From NCBI GenBank assembly GCA_965285935.1, contig OZ260663.1, positions 75,888,001 to 75,952,000 of the forward strand: a stretch of DNA of 64,000 nt, in the 5' to 3' direction. Position numbers and translations under genes: made by a program. Shown piece by piece: positions 50,201 to 63,400 of the stretch. A model generated the notes under the pieces. It ran no database searches, was not told the origin of the DNA, and saw nothing but the letters and a program-made list of their open reading frames with translations. Positions within the stretch are counted from its first letter, which is position 1, and each line of letters opens with the position of its first letter. This DNA is from Ophelia neglecta. Taxonomy: Eukaryota.

Positions 50201-53200
50201 TGGCTTTAACGGACCAATGAAAAGGCTTACTGCTCCGGACAGAACCATGCCAATTCCTAGAATAAAAGGTCCTAGGGCACTGGTCAGAAGACCTTTGTCG
50301 GCAAAGCAAGATCCGAATGCCTTAAACGCTCCCTGGATGTGGTCTTTGGCCTTCGGGATAACGGAAAGGATGGATAGACAAAGCTGACCTGAAAGGAAAC
50401 CACATTGACATGAGCAGTCCAACATCCATCCCGTTGTATACTAGGCCTAACTACAGTAATAGTCTTTTTCTTGTTATTCATAATTTCTTAAACTATATTG
50501 TTCATTGAAAAGTAGTGATCTCCCATTTATCTCGTAATAAATGTAATTGTTAAAGATCTCTAATAATGAGTAAAGTAGCACAGCTGTGATATATGATAAG
50601 GTTTGGTTAGTAGTTGTTTTAGCAGAGAGGCTAGAAGCGACCCTTCTGTACGAAACCAGTCGCAAGTCGAATCATTCCTCCACAGCCAATAAGAGTGTTC
50701 ATTGGCAGACGTGAATGATATTGAAAAGATGATTTATTATTTTCATTATAAAGTGAGCCGTATGCGAGTTTTATTTTCTCTGGGTAGTCTAGCATTAGGT
50801 AAAACCACCTACTTACGCACTGATCTTCAGCCCGTCGGACAAGAAGCGACGGGGGGGGGGGGTGAAGATGGGGGACGGTGAGGGAGAGGGGGAAGGAGGG
50901 GGGAGGGTAGGTATTGCCTCACCCATTAACAGAAGCATAACAATTTTCCTGCATGTCTATTGGCTAACAACTGCTTCGAATAAGCGGTTATATTACTAAA
51001 ATAAATCTTAGTATTTTACACTGATTTCATGTCAGGATATTTACCAGATGCAACAGCAGCCAGGAACATCTTCAACATGACCCATCGTTTCATCACCATC
51101 TGTAGTCTTATAGAGGCGGCTTCGAATACTAGATTAATAAAAAATACATATAAGTGTGATCAAAGTAGGTTTTATGCATTCAATTGAACACGAACATCTT
51201 GGTTATATATTACAAACATGTAGCGGAACTATGACGCAACAGGATTAAAATAGCGATAAATATATGACAAGATTATATTAGTAAATGACCATGGCTATGA
51301 CATGTTATGATACATGGCTTGTGTATACTGGGAAATAAATATATGGTTTTTGAGACAGCAGTTAGCTCTCTTAATGTTTCTCTTAATGTTTCCTGGCAAA
51401 CTGCACTATCCCCAACGCGAGTATTATGAGAACTGGGACATATCCTCTGTCCTAGGCCCTTGTGATATTTCAGAAGGGCTGCATCTGTTGAGAGTCCTAC
51501 GGTATACAGATTGGAGTGGATCAAACAAGTCATTAATCGCAATATGATATCGATACGATTGTCCACCACCTTCTCGAGCAACTAAAAACGTAGGGCAGGT
51601 AAAACACTGGTCTACAGTTCTTAAAAGTGCACGTGCAATTGCTCGATTGAAACATGCTGGAAAACAAACTGACATCAGGGATTCGTATACACTTTCTCTG
51701 TGATAATAGGGTTAAGTTCATCCTCACATGCCTTCACCAGCCCGGAAGGAATAGGGACAGCCTCACATGATTTTCAAGGCGACTTAAGAATAAGCTCTCT
51801 GATTTCAGACAGAGACGCAAGCTGAAAAGTTGTGAGCGCTGACTCGTCAAAGACAGGATCCCTGGACATAATGGAATTATCCTGGCACTTACAGTTCTCT
51901 TACAGATTACCTCTTATATAGTTATGGTCTTTTTCAAACAACCTCAGGGTACACCTGAAACTGCTCGAGGTACGTGCATTATTCTTCAAAGAATGTTGCT
52001 ATATTTAGTCCAATTGCCATTGAAGACAGTGGTCGATAAGCCGCGCACAAATGTACACGACCCCAATCCAGAATAACTTCATATTGTATGTGTTCAAAAT
52101 TTGTAACAGTCTGCTCAGCCGTAGAATTAACCACTTTAATGCTAATTTCCATTTTAGATACCACAGGAAACCCTCCCCAAATTGTCCATATTGGCGAGGG
52201 GCATTTTCCCATAACCGGAAGGTAAGAGTTCACTAATAACCACTTTATCGATGTCTAAACCATGCCAGGTTTCTGTAATTGTCAGTATGTTTATGTCATT
52301 GGTCACCACATACTCTGAAAGGGAGACCCGGTCTTGTTTTGACAGACCGAGCACTGATACTGTAAGCATAAATGACTTGAATCGGGCTCCCTATAGTTGC
52401 TTAATTTCCTTCTTTTTCAACTACAGAGAAACCTGACAATAAGGGACAGCCAAGGGACTGGGAAATCTGTCTTCTTTTCTCAGTTGTCCTTATTTCACAG
52501 GTTACTTGTAAAGTATCACAACTGTACTAAAAACGATGTCCTTAATAGTCATTGTGTCCATAATTGTCAGGTGCCCTTTGGGCTGGTTTTACTGTAAATG
52601 GGTTCAACCGTAATAACTGTGTTTACATTCAGTCCAGGTTGACCTGAGGAGTTGATTCCAGAGTCCTCGTGCATGCTTGACACTTCTTAATCATAGACCT
52701 ACGGATTGGATATCAATCAAGAGCAACAGTTCAGGATCCAAGCAAATATTAATATGACCAGTCTTCCTACGTGACATGAATAATCTGCTCGGAATGTGTT
52801 TTACCTTCTTCTTGGTCTGAAGCTGACCTTTTCAGGAGATGTACAATTAGAAATCTTCATAATTTATACCAATCGTGACAGTAAAATACCCCCAAAGCGT
52901 GAACAGGCTAGCTACAGCGATACTTAGTTTAGTCCTATATTCACTTGGCTATTCCATGATCTCATTTTTGGTTTAATGTTGTATTGAGGGAACCGAGATT
53001 AGTTTAATATGAGACCTCTGGGGAGAAAATACCTGATTCAAAAGGCACGGTACACAAAATCAGTGTTTGCTTGTATCTGTTTACGAGTTCAGGTGTAGAC
53101 GGTGTCCCCCGGTGGTATCACAGGGGCTTGTGTCAAAGCCTTATAACGTATAGGTATGTTGACACAAGCCCCTGTGGGTAGTATACACTTATAGCCGATA

Positions 53201-53797
53201 TAAAGTGAATCCGGCCTTTAAAAAAAACCTCTATATCAAGACAACGTGAAATTTAAATACCTATCTGTCAACCTAGTAGTCTCTATTCAGATTGAAAATC
53301 AGGATAATAAAGCCAGTTGGAAATTGCCAGCACACGAAAACTTACAGTAAACGGTTAGCCTATATGTGTAGGCGTTTTTCCATAGGAAACCTATCTCTGT
53401 TCTCCCTCAGTAATAAATTTAATTTCCCGACAAAAATATATCGTGATCTGAGAAATTTTCATTTTCGAGAAACTTCTTTACCGTGTTTTAGAAGGATGTG
53501 GCATATGAACTTACCCCTGCCTTTCTCCAAACACCAACCGAATATAATCCCAGCCACCACACACAGGAATAGGTCAAGGAACACCCGTCCTGGGCGACTT
53601 TCAGGCGCACAGCATTTCAAACAACATCCCCCGTCTCTTGCGATGTCGTCTCCTTTTTCTGTTTCCTCAACCACGATTCGTGTTGTTGAGTTATAGGTCG
53701 GGATTGTTCCCGTGCTAGCCAATGGTACGTTTTTGTCCTCATTTTTATCATCATTTTCCATTTTAGCATCTGCCACTGCGGATATTTTTGTTGTCAT
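47267..53797 (-). CDS. YeeE/YedE-family (TsuA-like) sulfur-compound transporter, 10 coding exons
   Basis: Exons: 53797-53515 (GIIFGWCLEKGR), 51128-51045 (MLKMFLAAVASG), 50388-50231 (GIGMVLSGA), 49729-49681 (CPGMVLPQVG), 49570-49468, 48892-48772, 48614-48542 (AWPPGVAG), 48324-48155 (TLGGSSAY), 47986-47835 (GSRLAAGCT) and 47456-47267 (SGHGLSG). The family motifs GxGMxLxGxCPG and GxRxAxGCTSGHG are present and the frame is continuous. Confidence 0.92.
51290..52390 (-). mobile_element. Degenerate CR1/L2-clade LINE ORF2 (endonuclease and start of RT) in YeeE intron 1
   Basis: Peptides INILTITETW, AAYRP, SLSEIRELILKSP*KSCEAVPIP, KNCRPVFYLPY, LEKVV and FDPLQSVY, interrupted by stops and frameshifts. 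Confidence 0.85.
53119..53176. mobile_element. 58-bp mini inverted-repeat element with 18-bp perfect terminal inverted repeats
   Basis: CACAGGGGCTTGTGTCAA-(22 nt)-TTGACACAAGCCCCTGTG, flanked by ggtat and ggtag. Confidence 0.65.
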
Positions 53798-54456
53798 CAG
53801 AATGGCCGTTGCTCAAATGTCGTGGCAGACGATTAGCCTCATCCGGAAAACGCCACCTGGATTAAGGAAAGGAACTAAAATTCTAAAAACGTTATGCTTG
53901 GTGTCCTTGCCACTGTCTCTCTCAGGTGAAACTAGGCTGTCTACTGGGCTCACTGAACAATATAAAACATGACGTTTACACGCAGGAGTCAACCTTGTTA
54001 GTCTCTGTGTTTGCAATATAACACAGATGATTGGTTTGCTGTAGGTATTAAGATCTTATAAAAGATCATGCCATTGCTTGACAATGTACGCACTCTATTT
54101 TGTAAATCAAAGGCTAACCTTGAAGGGTTCTGATAGAAAAAGCCTGTAAGTATTAATCCGCCAGACGCATCACAATATCCACTGTCGAGTTAATATAAAG
54201 ATGGAGCTTAATGCATATCTGTTTGGCGTGCTTTCTCTGTACTTCAATCGATCCGTGATCCCGATCGCTTCTGCTCCGGAACAAAACAAAAGTATTTATG
54301 ATAGATCCTGTAACACTAACTATATAGAACAGAAATTAATGATGTTTACGCATGCACTAACCAGGGCACGAAACAACATTGTTTTGGCAATCACGCTTCG
54401 ATTTATTTAAAGTCACCCGTTTAGACTAGGGTACAATGAGCAGCAGTGATAACAAG

Positions 54457-54491
54457 GTATACATAGGGTATACATAGGGTATACATAGGTA
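54457..54491. repeat. 11-bp minisatellite, three copies
   Basis: (GGTATACATAG) x3. Confidence 0.9.
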
Positions 54492-55911
54492 GTGGCGGAC
54501 AGGCGTCTCGCGTACCTGTGACCATAAGACCTAGACATCACAAACATGCATTGGTAACATTAACTAACAGTTACTGATGCTACTTACAGAGGCTATTACA
54601 GCAGTGACATGTATATCTGTGCGAATGAGTGTCACCCATCAGAGATAAAGGTCAAACCTGCCATTTCCAGGTGAGGTACAGAAAAGACGTGTCCACCCAC
54701 CGCTTGTAGCTTGCAGCATAATGATCCAATAAAGGTATCAATATTACTGTTCGATACGCATCAAATCCATGCCTGTATATATTGATTTTCTGTCTGTGGG
54801 AGGTTGTCAAGCTTATGTATAGTCCTTACTGCTCTCAATACGACATTGATCTGAGGTCGAAAAAGCGACAGTTATGCAATGTTAAGACTAGGAGTAAATT
54901 GTCAACAAGGAATTGGTCCTATGTGCTTTAATATAATATTCGGGCAAAGCCGAACAGACGCGAAGAATAACTTGAGTAATTTGAATGCAAACTTCTTTTG
55001 TTCTTATTCGGTATCCCCATTTTCTGCGCAAACATATCATTTCAGCATGGATGGTGAACGGAAACGCTTGTCTAAAATAATACCATCTATACAGCATTAT
55101 GATATACCGAGATGCATATACTATAAATACCCATGCACCAGGCTAACAAGTCCAAATTTGATCAGAAACATCCTTGAAAAAATCATTATTTTAATAAGTA
55201 GCGAGACTAGGTTCGTCGCATACAGACACTTATTGTACTGGCTAGTAGGTATAAGGGTAGGAATGTACTACTTTCATGCCAAAATGGCGACAGCGGAAAT
55301 GTCCCGGATGTAAAGTCGTAATTTTTTCTAGTAATGCAGTGTTCTTATGGAGTTAGACAGGGCTTGAGTTTCAGCACCAAGATCATTATGATTAATGAAG
55401 TATCAGAACTTGCCATTGGATCCGAGAGAGATACTCACCTATTTCTGTTTTATTTAGATCGGGGGGGGGGGGGGGGGGTACACTATGAACAGAGCCTCGG
55501 GCACACGATGACAGTCTAATTTTAACCACAATGTGCCAAAAAATATCCATTTTGCATTCTCACCTTATTCAGGTATTCATTGATATCTACAGTAATAAAA
55601 AACGAGTCCCAAAATCTGATATTGTATAAAAAATCAGGTATGGCGCCTGGCGGACTGCAATTTTACTGTCTGTCTGTGACAAGACATATCTTGGGAAAGG
55701 GATTATTCTGATAGTTTTATTTTCGAAAGAAATATAAAGGTTTCCGTCATGACTGACGCTCTCCTCTATACATTTATGGAGGCGCCTGACTCATTGCACT
55801 TAGGTAGAAGCTGGTTTGCAAAGATATGACAAACTAAGTGATTTGACTTGAAAAAGGTCATTAACAGTTTATTTAGCAATGACAATTATTATACATAACA
55901 TGAATATCAGA

Positions 55912-55981
55912 GCTGGCTCCTAGCTGACACCATATCATATAAATAGCTTCTTCCACTACACATTAATCTCTAGGAGCCAGC
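55912..55981. repeat. 12-bp inverted repeat with a 46-nt spacer
   Basis: GCTGGCTCCTAG ... CTAGGAGCCAGC. Confidence 0.7.
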
Positions 55982-57445
55982 CAACAATTAATTACATGAA
56001 AGAAATACTACTGGTAAAGATAATTTTCAAAGATCTTAAAGGCAAACATTGCAAAGGTGGGGTGACCACCATGCCACAAGGCCATGAAAATTGGCCCGCC
56101 CAACCCGATACCGCAGTGAGTAAGGCGACTAAAAGTTGATATACGCCACATCTTTGTAGGAATGTTTGTGTTGATATTTTTCTTCTTTTTGGGGCATATT
56201 GCATTGTTTTTCACGATTCTAATCGGTTTGCCAATGCCGATGCTTTGACGCATGGTCATTTATGTGTACACGCTGAAATTATTTGGTTTTCGTGCGTTGC
56301 AGTCACAACTAAGCTGTCTCACTATCACCGAAAACCAGTCCCCTGATTTCCATCGCCGAAAACCTGGTTTTTTACATTCGCCGAATCAAAAGCAAATTGT
56401 GGCCACACTGCAGTGATAACCATATAGTTAATATTTTTACTTTTAAATGACAGCGTTCTCATTTATCTTGTTTTTGTGTTACGTTATATCACCGTCCTCT
56501 TTATAAAAGGTGTCCAAGTTGATGTTCATTATGTTCAATATACATGTCATAATTATACCAATTAACATTTTAATAAAAGCTGAGCTGGTGTTTTGGACGT
56601 GTGCTTAGTTACAAGTAATGGAACGTTCTTCTCGTTATATTTTCAGGCGTAGAGCAAACACAAATATAAACAGCAGGAAGCTAGATGCGGGTCCTCGGTA
56701 ACACACCATCCCGGATAGAATGGCCAAAGAATCGACAAGTTACATCGCGGCCAATCACATGACTGGTTTTAGTATAATGCAGTGGGGATCAATGCAAAAT
56801 GCGGGTATTTTTCATGATGGCTTGTATAACAAGGTAGACCAAGATATGTGTAGGCCTACGCCCTGCATTCGGACAACGTCACTCCAGCAGACGACTGGCT
56901 CTACCGATACTTGCACATACCATTTGACGTGGTCGGAATACCATATAGGTTCATGGAAAATTGAATTCATTTGCAGGAACACAGTCGCAGAAAAACATTA
57001 GGACAGTTTCGCTATTTCAAGGTATTTCTAAGTAAACCAGCTTAACCGTTTATTTTGAAGTTTACCTTTTCCTTTCAATTCTATTGCAAATAATGTATTA
57101 TGAGAGTGTCATAAACCAAAGAAAATAATTGTAGGCCTACTTCTAAAACAAACTATCACTTTATAATTCTTTTCGACGACGAACTTCTCATTAATTCGGT
57201 GCATGTTTGTCTATTTAAAATCGTTATATCACTTTTCATTATCAGTATGAGCATACCTATCATATCTTAACTTTAGAATCACTCCATTAATTCCGATTTG
57301 ATAGAATTTGTAAAGGGCAAAAATTCTGAAAAATAGGACGACTGTAACCAACAAGAGCATAATCCGACATGGGTATATTGGCATTGAATTTACACTAATA
57401 GGTAAACACTGATATTTTCACAGCGACATAGAAGAAAAGAAAAAT

Positions 57446-60400
57446 ATGAAGGATTTGGAGAAGGTATCGCTGCTGAAAGAAGCCAGCCCCATCTCCAGGG
57501 AAGACTCACACAGCCATGACTATCACTCCGTGGCCAACGGTCCGACAGACGAGATAACTCCACTCCAGAGCAATGGAATTGCTAAACCTACCATGAACAG
57601 ACAGAAGTCGCTGGTTTTGAAGGAAGGGATGACTCTCTCCTGGGAAAATATCAATGTACAGACCCCTCCACAAAAACAAGGGGGATGTCTGCCGTGTGGC
57701 AAGAAGAAGGAACCACTGCCTCCGAAACGCATCTTGAAAGACGGTAGGAATAAATACCTCTGACTGCTTGGTATATTCAAAACAACAAATGTGTTTCTTC
57801 CCAGCACCCAATCCAAGCATCCCACCCCCATCCACCCACTCAACTCCCGCCTTCTGGTTATTTTCCCATGAATTATACGTATTTACGCCTAAAATAGCAT
57901 GAGTTGTATTTGTTTTGATAAAAAGTTAACGTATCGTTACTTTCTCTATAACTAATGCCACTGCTTCATTTTTTCAGTTAGTGGGGCTGTTCAGCCGGGC
58001 ACGCTTATGGTAACCATGGGTGCCAGGTAAGAAGTCAATCATTGTACAGTTTGGCAAATACTGCTATTTCTGGCCATAACTGCTAGAAAACGGTTTCATT
58101 CATATAAAACTAAAGTCTACTGGAATCCAGTGTTAAATATGAGTACTCTTACTGAAATCACGCACTATCAACTCCTTCTTGTAAAATATAACAATTGTAA
58201 TTGTGAATTATGAAAAATAGTCGTTGGTCAATAAAATACGAATCTACTTTCCAATTCCCAGTGGCTCCGGAAAGACAACACTCATTAATTGTCTGACAAA
58301 ACGAAATCTTGGAGCTCTCACTGTGTCTGGAGAAATAAGAGTTAATGGTCAAATCATTGATGAAGATATTAACAGTATATCTGGTTATGTCCAGCAAGAA
58401 GACTTATTTGTTGGCACCATGACGGTCAGCGAGCACCTGTGGTTTCAGGTAAGGTAACCCAGCACACAAAACCTTAATACAGAAATGATTTAATAACCAC
58501 CATTTTAAATGTTTGCCGCCGATTACGAAATGAGCAGGTACATTATTATGGTCTCCACACAGGCTAGGTTACGTATGGACAGTGATATTAGCATAGATGA
58601 AAAGAAACAACGTATTCAAGACGTCATGGTTGAGGTGAGAACGTTGGATTAGAAAAAAATTTGATAAATAGATGAAACAATTCAGTATGCTATTTTCATT
58701 ACAAGATGCAAGAGTATCGTTCTTGGATAATTACCATTTGCCTTAATTATGAAATACTGAACATCATTTATCCTTTTTTTATTTATATTTATGCTTTTAA
58801 GTACACGCGTTTGCATTATTAATATTGCACAAATCTAGGCTATATAAACCCGTTGTATTGATATATAAGGCACTTATTAATATTCTTTTATAGATGGGCT
58901 TGCTCAAGTGTAAGGATGTATTTATTGGCGTGCCAGGCATGTTGAAAGGTCTGTCCGGGGGAGAAAAGAAAAGACTATCATTTGCTACAGAAGTGAGTTA
59001 TACCAGGTTTTTAACATGTCTTGCTTGCCCGGAAAACACTGTTAAAGTAGTGTTTTTTAGATCAACATACATGAAATTTACTCATTTTACCTAAGGTCCA
59101 CACTTGTGTATAGGTATTATGCAGCCTTGTAAAGTCAGCTAATATCCGGTAGTATACACTTGGGACCTATATAACAGTATTCTGGCGCTTGCAAATCTCA
59201 TTATTCGCGACCTTCGTAGCCTTTAGAAGCTAATGTTTCAATGTTTTAAATGTTTAGTTGTTAAGAAATCCACCGATACTGTTCTGTGACGAACCAACCA
59301 GCGGCTTGGATTCGTTCATGGCTCAGAGCGTCATGGAAATCCTTCTGAATTTGGCCAATAACGGACGTACTCTGCTGTGTACTGTTCACCAGCCCTCCTC
59401 AAATGTTTTTCAAATGTTTGACAAGTGAGTAAATTACCTTCTATTAGTAAAGTAATGTTTAATATGAAAGGCAATATTAAACTTGATGGATGTAGATAAC
59501 GGAACAACCCTTCATTATATCGTTCTTTCTAGGCTTTTGTTGATGGCCGAAGGCCGCGTAGCCTATATGGGCGAGACAAGTTACCTGAATGAATTCTTCA
59601 GGGGGTATGTATTATACACTTGTATAATAAATATACTAAATTAAACTATATTCATGGCCAGTTTTAGTTTTAGGGCGTGCTATATGTTTAAGTTTCATCC
59701 GCCTTGTTTTGTTTTGATTACTTCAACAAGCACTAAGTAAGGGCTTTTAAAACATCATTCCCATGTTAAATTCCCATATGAACAGCTGAAAGTAGCCCCA
59801 CTTATCCCAGCCTTACCGCTGCCTTTTAATTGCAATCAGCTTTGGAGGTAAGAAAAGTGGTTGTTGGTCAGCAGTATGAAACATATCCGACTGGCCCTAT
59901 TGCTAACAATCTTATGTATGGTATGTCTATGATATGATGGCGCAAGCCCAGCGGGTTAATTTTGGAAATATTACAAGAAATTAATTTCAAAACGTTCGGT
60001 TGTTTATGCTTTCTTTTACCTAACTCTATTGATTAGCTACGTCTTTTTTCATTCAGCTATGATATGGAGTGTCCTCCTAACTTCAACCCGGCCGATTTTT
60101 ACATCCAGTCGCTAGCTATTGTTCCGGGAAATGAGATTGAATGCAGAGCCAAAGTCAATGTAAGACAATATTCAGATAATCATAATGTTCAATTTTCTAT
60201 AATCACATATTTACAGTTTATGAGATTCGTGTAATATTTAATCAAACTTGCATTTAATAATGAGTTATAGCAATGACCTACCGGTAAATGGTAGAAGGTC
60301 GGCTGGCTGTTTCCTTTTCAATAGCCAACTCTTCTTGTTCGTTTTCATCCGCACACCTGTCTCTGCAGGCTATCTGCGACGGTTTTAAAGAGACCAGTCA

Positions 60401-63400
60401 GGCACGAGGAATAAATTGGGAGATTGAACAGAACAGTGGGCAGCACGATGATGAACGAATGGACAAGTTTGTTATGGAGGTTATTAAATAAACCTTTAAA
60501 ATTTTATTGACTCGGTTATTATTCGATGTATAACATTGGCCTCAAGGCTACATGCAATAAACTACTCCCTCTCTATCTCTTTTTTTCTTCCTCGATCGAG
60601 TACCATTTTTGTAGATTGACGTGTAATCTTTACTTTCCTGGAATATCTAATGTTTTTATTTTTATTTTAAGATGGAGAAGGTTGAGAAGAACTTCAATGG
60701 GTAGGTCACCATGTCTCTGAGAAATAGCGTTTCTTGGAATTATATTTTCTAATATTATAAGACTGATATTCCTCTTGGAGTGATTGGCATTATTCATACC
60801 AACCTGGTGTGTCGTAATTTGTTTTTTTATTGACCATTAGAGCTGGCCAAAGTCACACACCAATGAAAAAAGAGGAAAGGAAAGCTTCAAATGGAAACAA
60901 GTAAGTCCTTGGCATGGTTATATCTCAAAGCGAATATTAATAGATGCCCCTAGCCGAAAACAGAAATAGAACAGAATAGTATGGCCTTGACTCGGTGATG
61001 AAATTCTAAGTAGAGCAATATAGAAAATAATGAAGTGACATGTACTTACGAGTCTGTCACGAAGAGGAAACAAGGCATAGCCCATGTCATGACTACTGTG
61101 TACATGTGTAGTGTAGTAAATGTTTACTTCATGATTGGGAATATTGGAAAAAAAGATTATTTGATATATATTTTAAACAAAGCAGGCTTCTATTGACGAC
61201 TGAAAGCGGTATGTGTCTATATTTTAATAGTTACCTCAACTATATTTAATGAGAGCGTGTTCAACATTAAAAAAAATATCTACAAAGTAAACAACAATAT
61301 GAGTCTCTGAATGCTTAAACACGGACTTTGCCAATTGGCCATATGTGTCAACAAATCTCTCAAGGGATTCAATAAATGTGTCAGAGACCATTTTCCCTTA
61401 GTCGGCTGTAAGCAAAAACAATCTGTGTATTCGTTGCTTTCCTATGCCTCACAACTATTCCGAAGAACGTAGTCTCTCTGGCAGAATGTCATTTAAAGCA
61501 CTATCGAACTTATCACTCACTTGAGAAAAGACGTTCATAAGGGCTTGGTATTTTTGCCACGCATCGTGCATTTAACATCATATTGGGCCACTGCGTTGTG
61601 TAAACAGATTCACTATTCAAAATTATTGTACTACAGTTGAGATGTTTTTGGGGGAAATCGTAAAGGGCAAGAGGCACGATATGTACAGTATGTCAACTTT
61701 TAAACAATCTGGATTTCTCTCTCTGTGGACCCTGTGTGTGTGTTGGGGGAGGGGGGGCGGAGTGTTATTATGCTTCAATAGACCATACTGCCATATTGTC
61801 ACCTATCCCAGGTCAGAGGCGGACAGTAAAACTGATGAGACATTTACTGTACCATGGTCTCAAACTGTAATATCCCTCGAGGTTAATGGGAGATTAGTAA
61901 ACAGTTGTCATCAACTCGACCTTGGTCGAAATGTCATGTTGCCACTTCAGGTTTTTAGGCTAGACCTTGGCATGAGACAGATAGGATCAAACAAACTGAT
62001 AAATGGCAATACAGCAAAGGTCGCAGTCTTCATCGCGCCTTATGTCATTCTACTTTATCTGAATTAACAGCATCTGGTGCTGTTAAATTTGAAACAACAC
62101 TAAAATGCTTGTTTTAGCCATTATATCCCTACCAATACTACCATCTTTTATTACAGATACCTTGCTAGTTGGTGGACGCAATTCGCCCTGTTGTACTGGA
62201 GATGCTGGATAGATGTTAAACGAAACAGGAGAGTTTTGCCTGCCAGAGTTGGCCAAATTACGGTAATCTAATATTCTGTATGGTTTTGAATCCACCCGTT
62301 CTGCGTCGTTCGCTTTGAGGAAGCTAACTCAATCCCTGGCAGTGGTTTTCCTATTTTCATTTGGCCTAGTCCTACCTCTATATTAAACCATATGCATTCC
62401 CTGAACTTGAAAACTTAAATTTTTCGACACATTTTTAAAGGAACGTATGTCTTGTAACTAATATGAACTGGATGATATTTTTGTATAGACTGCTGGCCTG
62501 CTGCTGGGCTTAGTGTACTATCAACAGACGTATAATCAGACGGGCGTGGCTAATATTAACAGTGCTCTCTTCATGTTGATGATCCAAGTCTCTTTCAACA
62601 CAGCCTTCACCATTGCCACGGTAAGTCGAAAACAGACGCATTTTTATGAACTTTTACTAATGGAGGGTATTTGAAATGTGTTTTTAATGTATGCATATGA
62701 ACAAAACTCCGAATAAGGTCTGATTACAAATACAGTGTTATATCAAAACAAGCGATCTTAGTAATTTCTATCATTTATTATATGTTACTTTTGTTTCAGT
62801 CTTTTGCTCGTGAATTCCCGGTGTTCATTAAAGAACACAAAGACAGGGCATACAAAGTTAGCGCCTATTACATTGCCAAGGTTATGACTGACGTGAGTAT
62901 ATTTTCCACTTTGTAAACCACTCTATACATACATTTAGTGGTAATTTCACACTTTTGAAGAAAAACACTGAGAGGCTCTTAAAAGGGCCAGTTGATTTAA
63001 AAACAGCGTCGTGGTAGTTGGAAATAACTAAACATTCATTTTGTTCCATTAGATAAATTTGGACTATGTTAAACATAGAATGAAAGGTTGATAATAAAAT
63101 CACCAGATCTAGTCGTCAATTAAAACTTCATTACAATATTTACCAAAATGTTTTACAAAAGTTAAACTCATGGAATGTTTTTACCCAACAAATTTAGGTT
63201 GGATATAATTCCTGGTGTTTTTATTTCAGCTTCCGGTGTTTCTTTTAGCTGCGACTATTTACACGGCGACATCATACTGGATGATAGGTATGTCAGACTG
63301 ACACGCCTTGGTGCTCATAAAAACGATTTCAAAATGGGGCATAATGGATTTGAAATAATGGCTACCGAAAATGAAATTTTAAAGTAAATTGTGTATAGGC

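Noticed and set aside
47267-53797. Bacterial contamination as the source of the YeeE gene
   Set aside because: The gene has nine spliceosomal introns, contains a LINE relic, and is contiguous with clearly animal genes.
61822-61852. Hammerhead ribozyme (CTGATGA inside a hairpin); also at 40535
   Set aside because: There is no correctly placed GAAA core or three-way junction.
62083-62295. Minus-strand ORF nested in the ABCG gene
   Set aside because: It is the antisense of the ABCG exon at 62157-62262.
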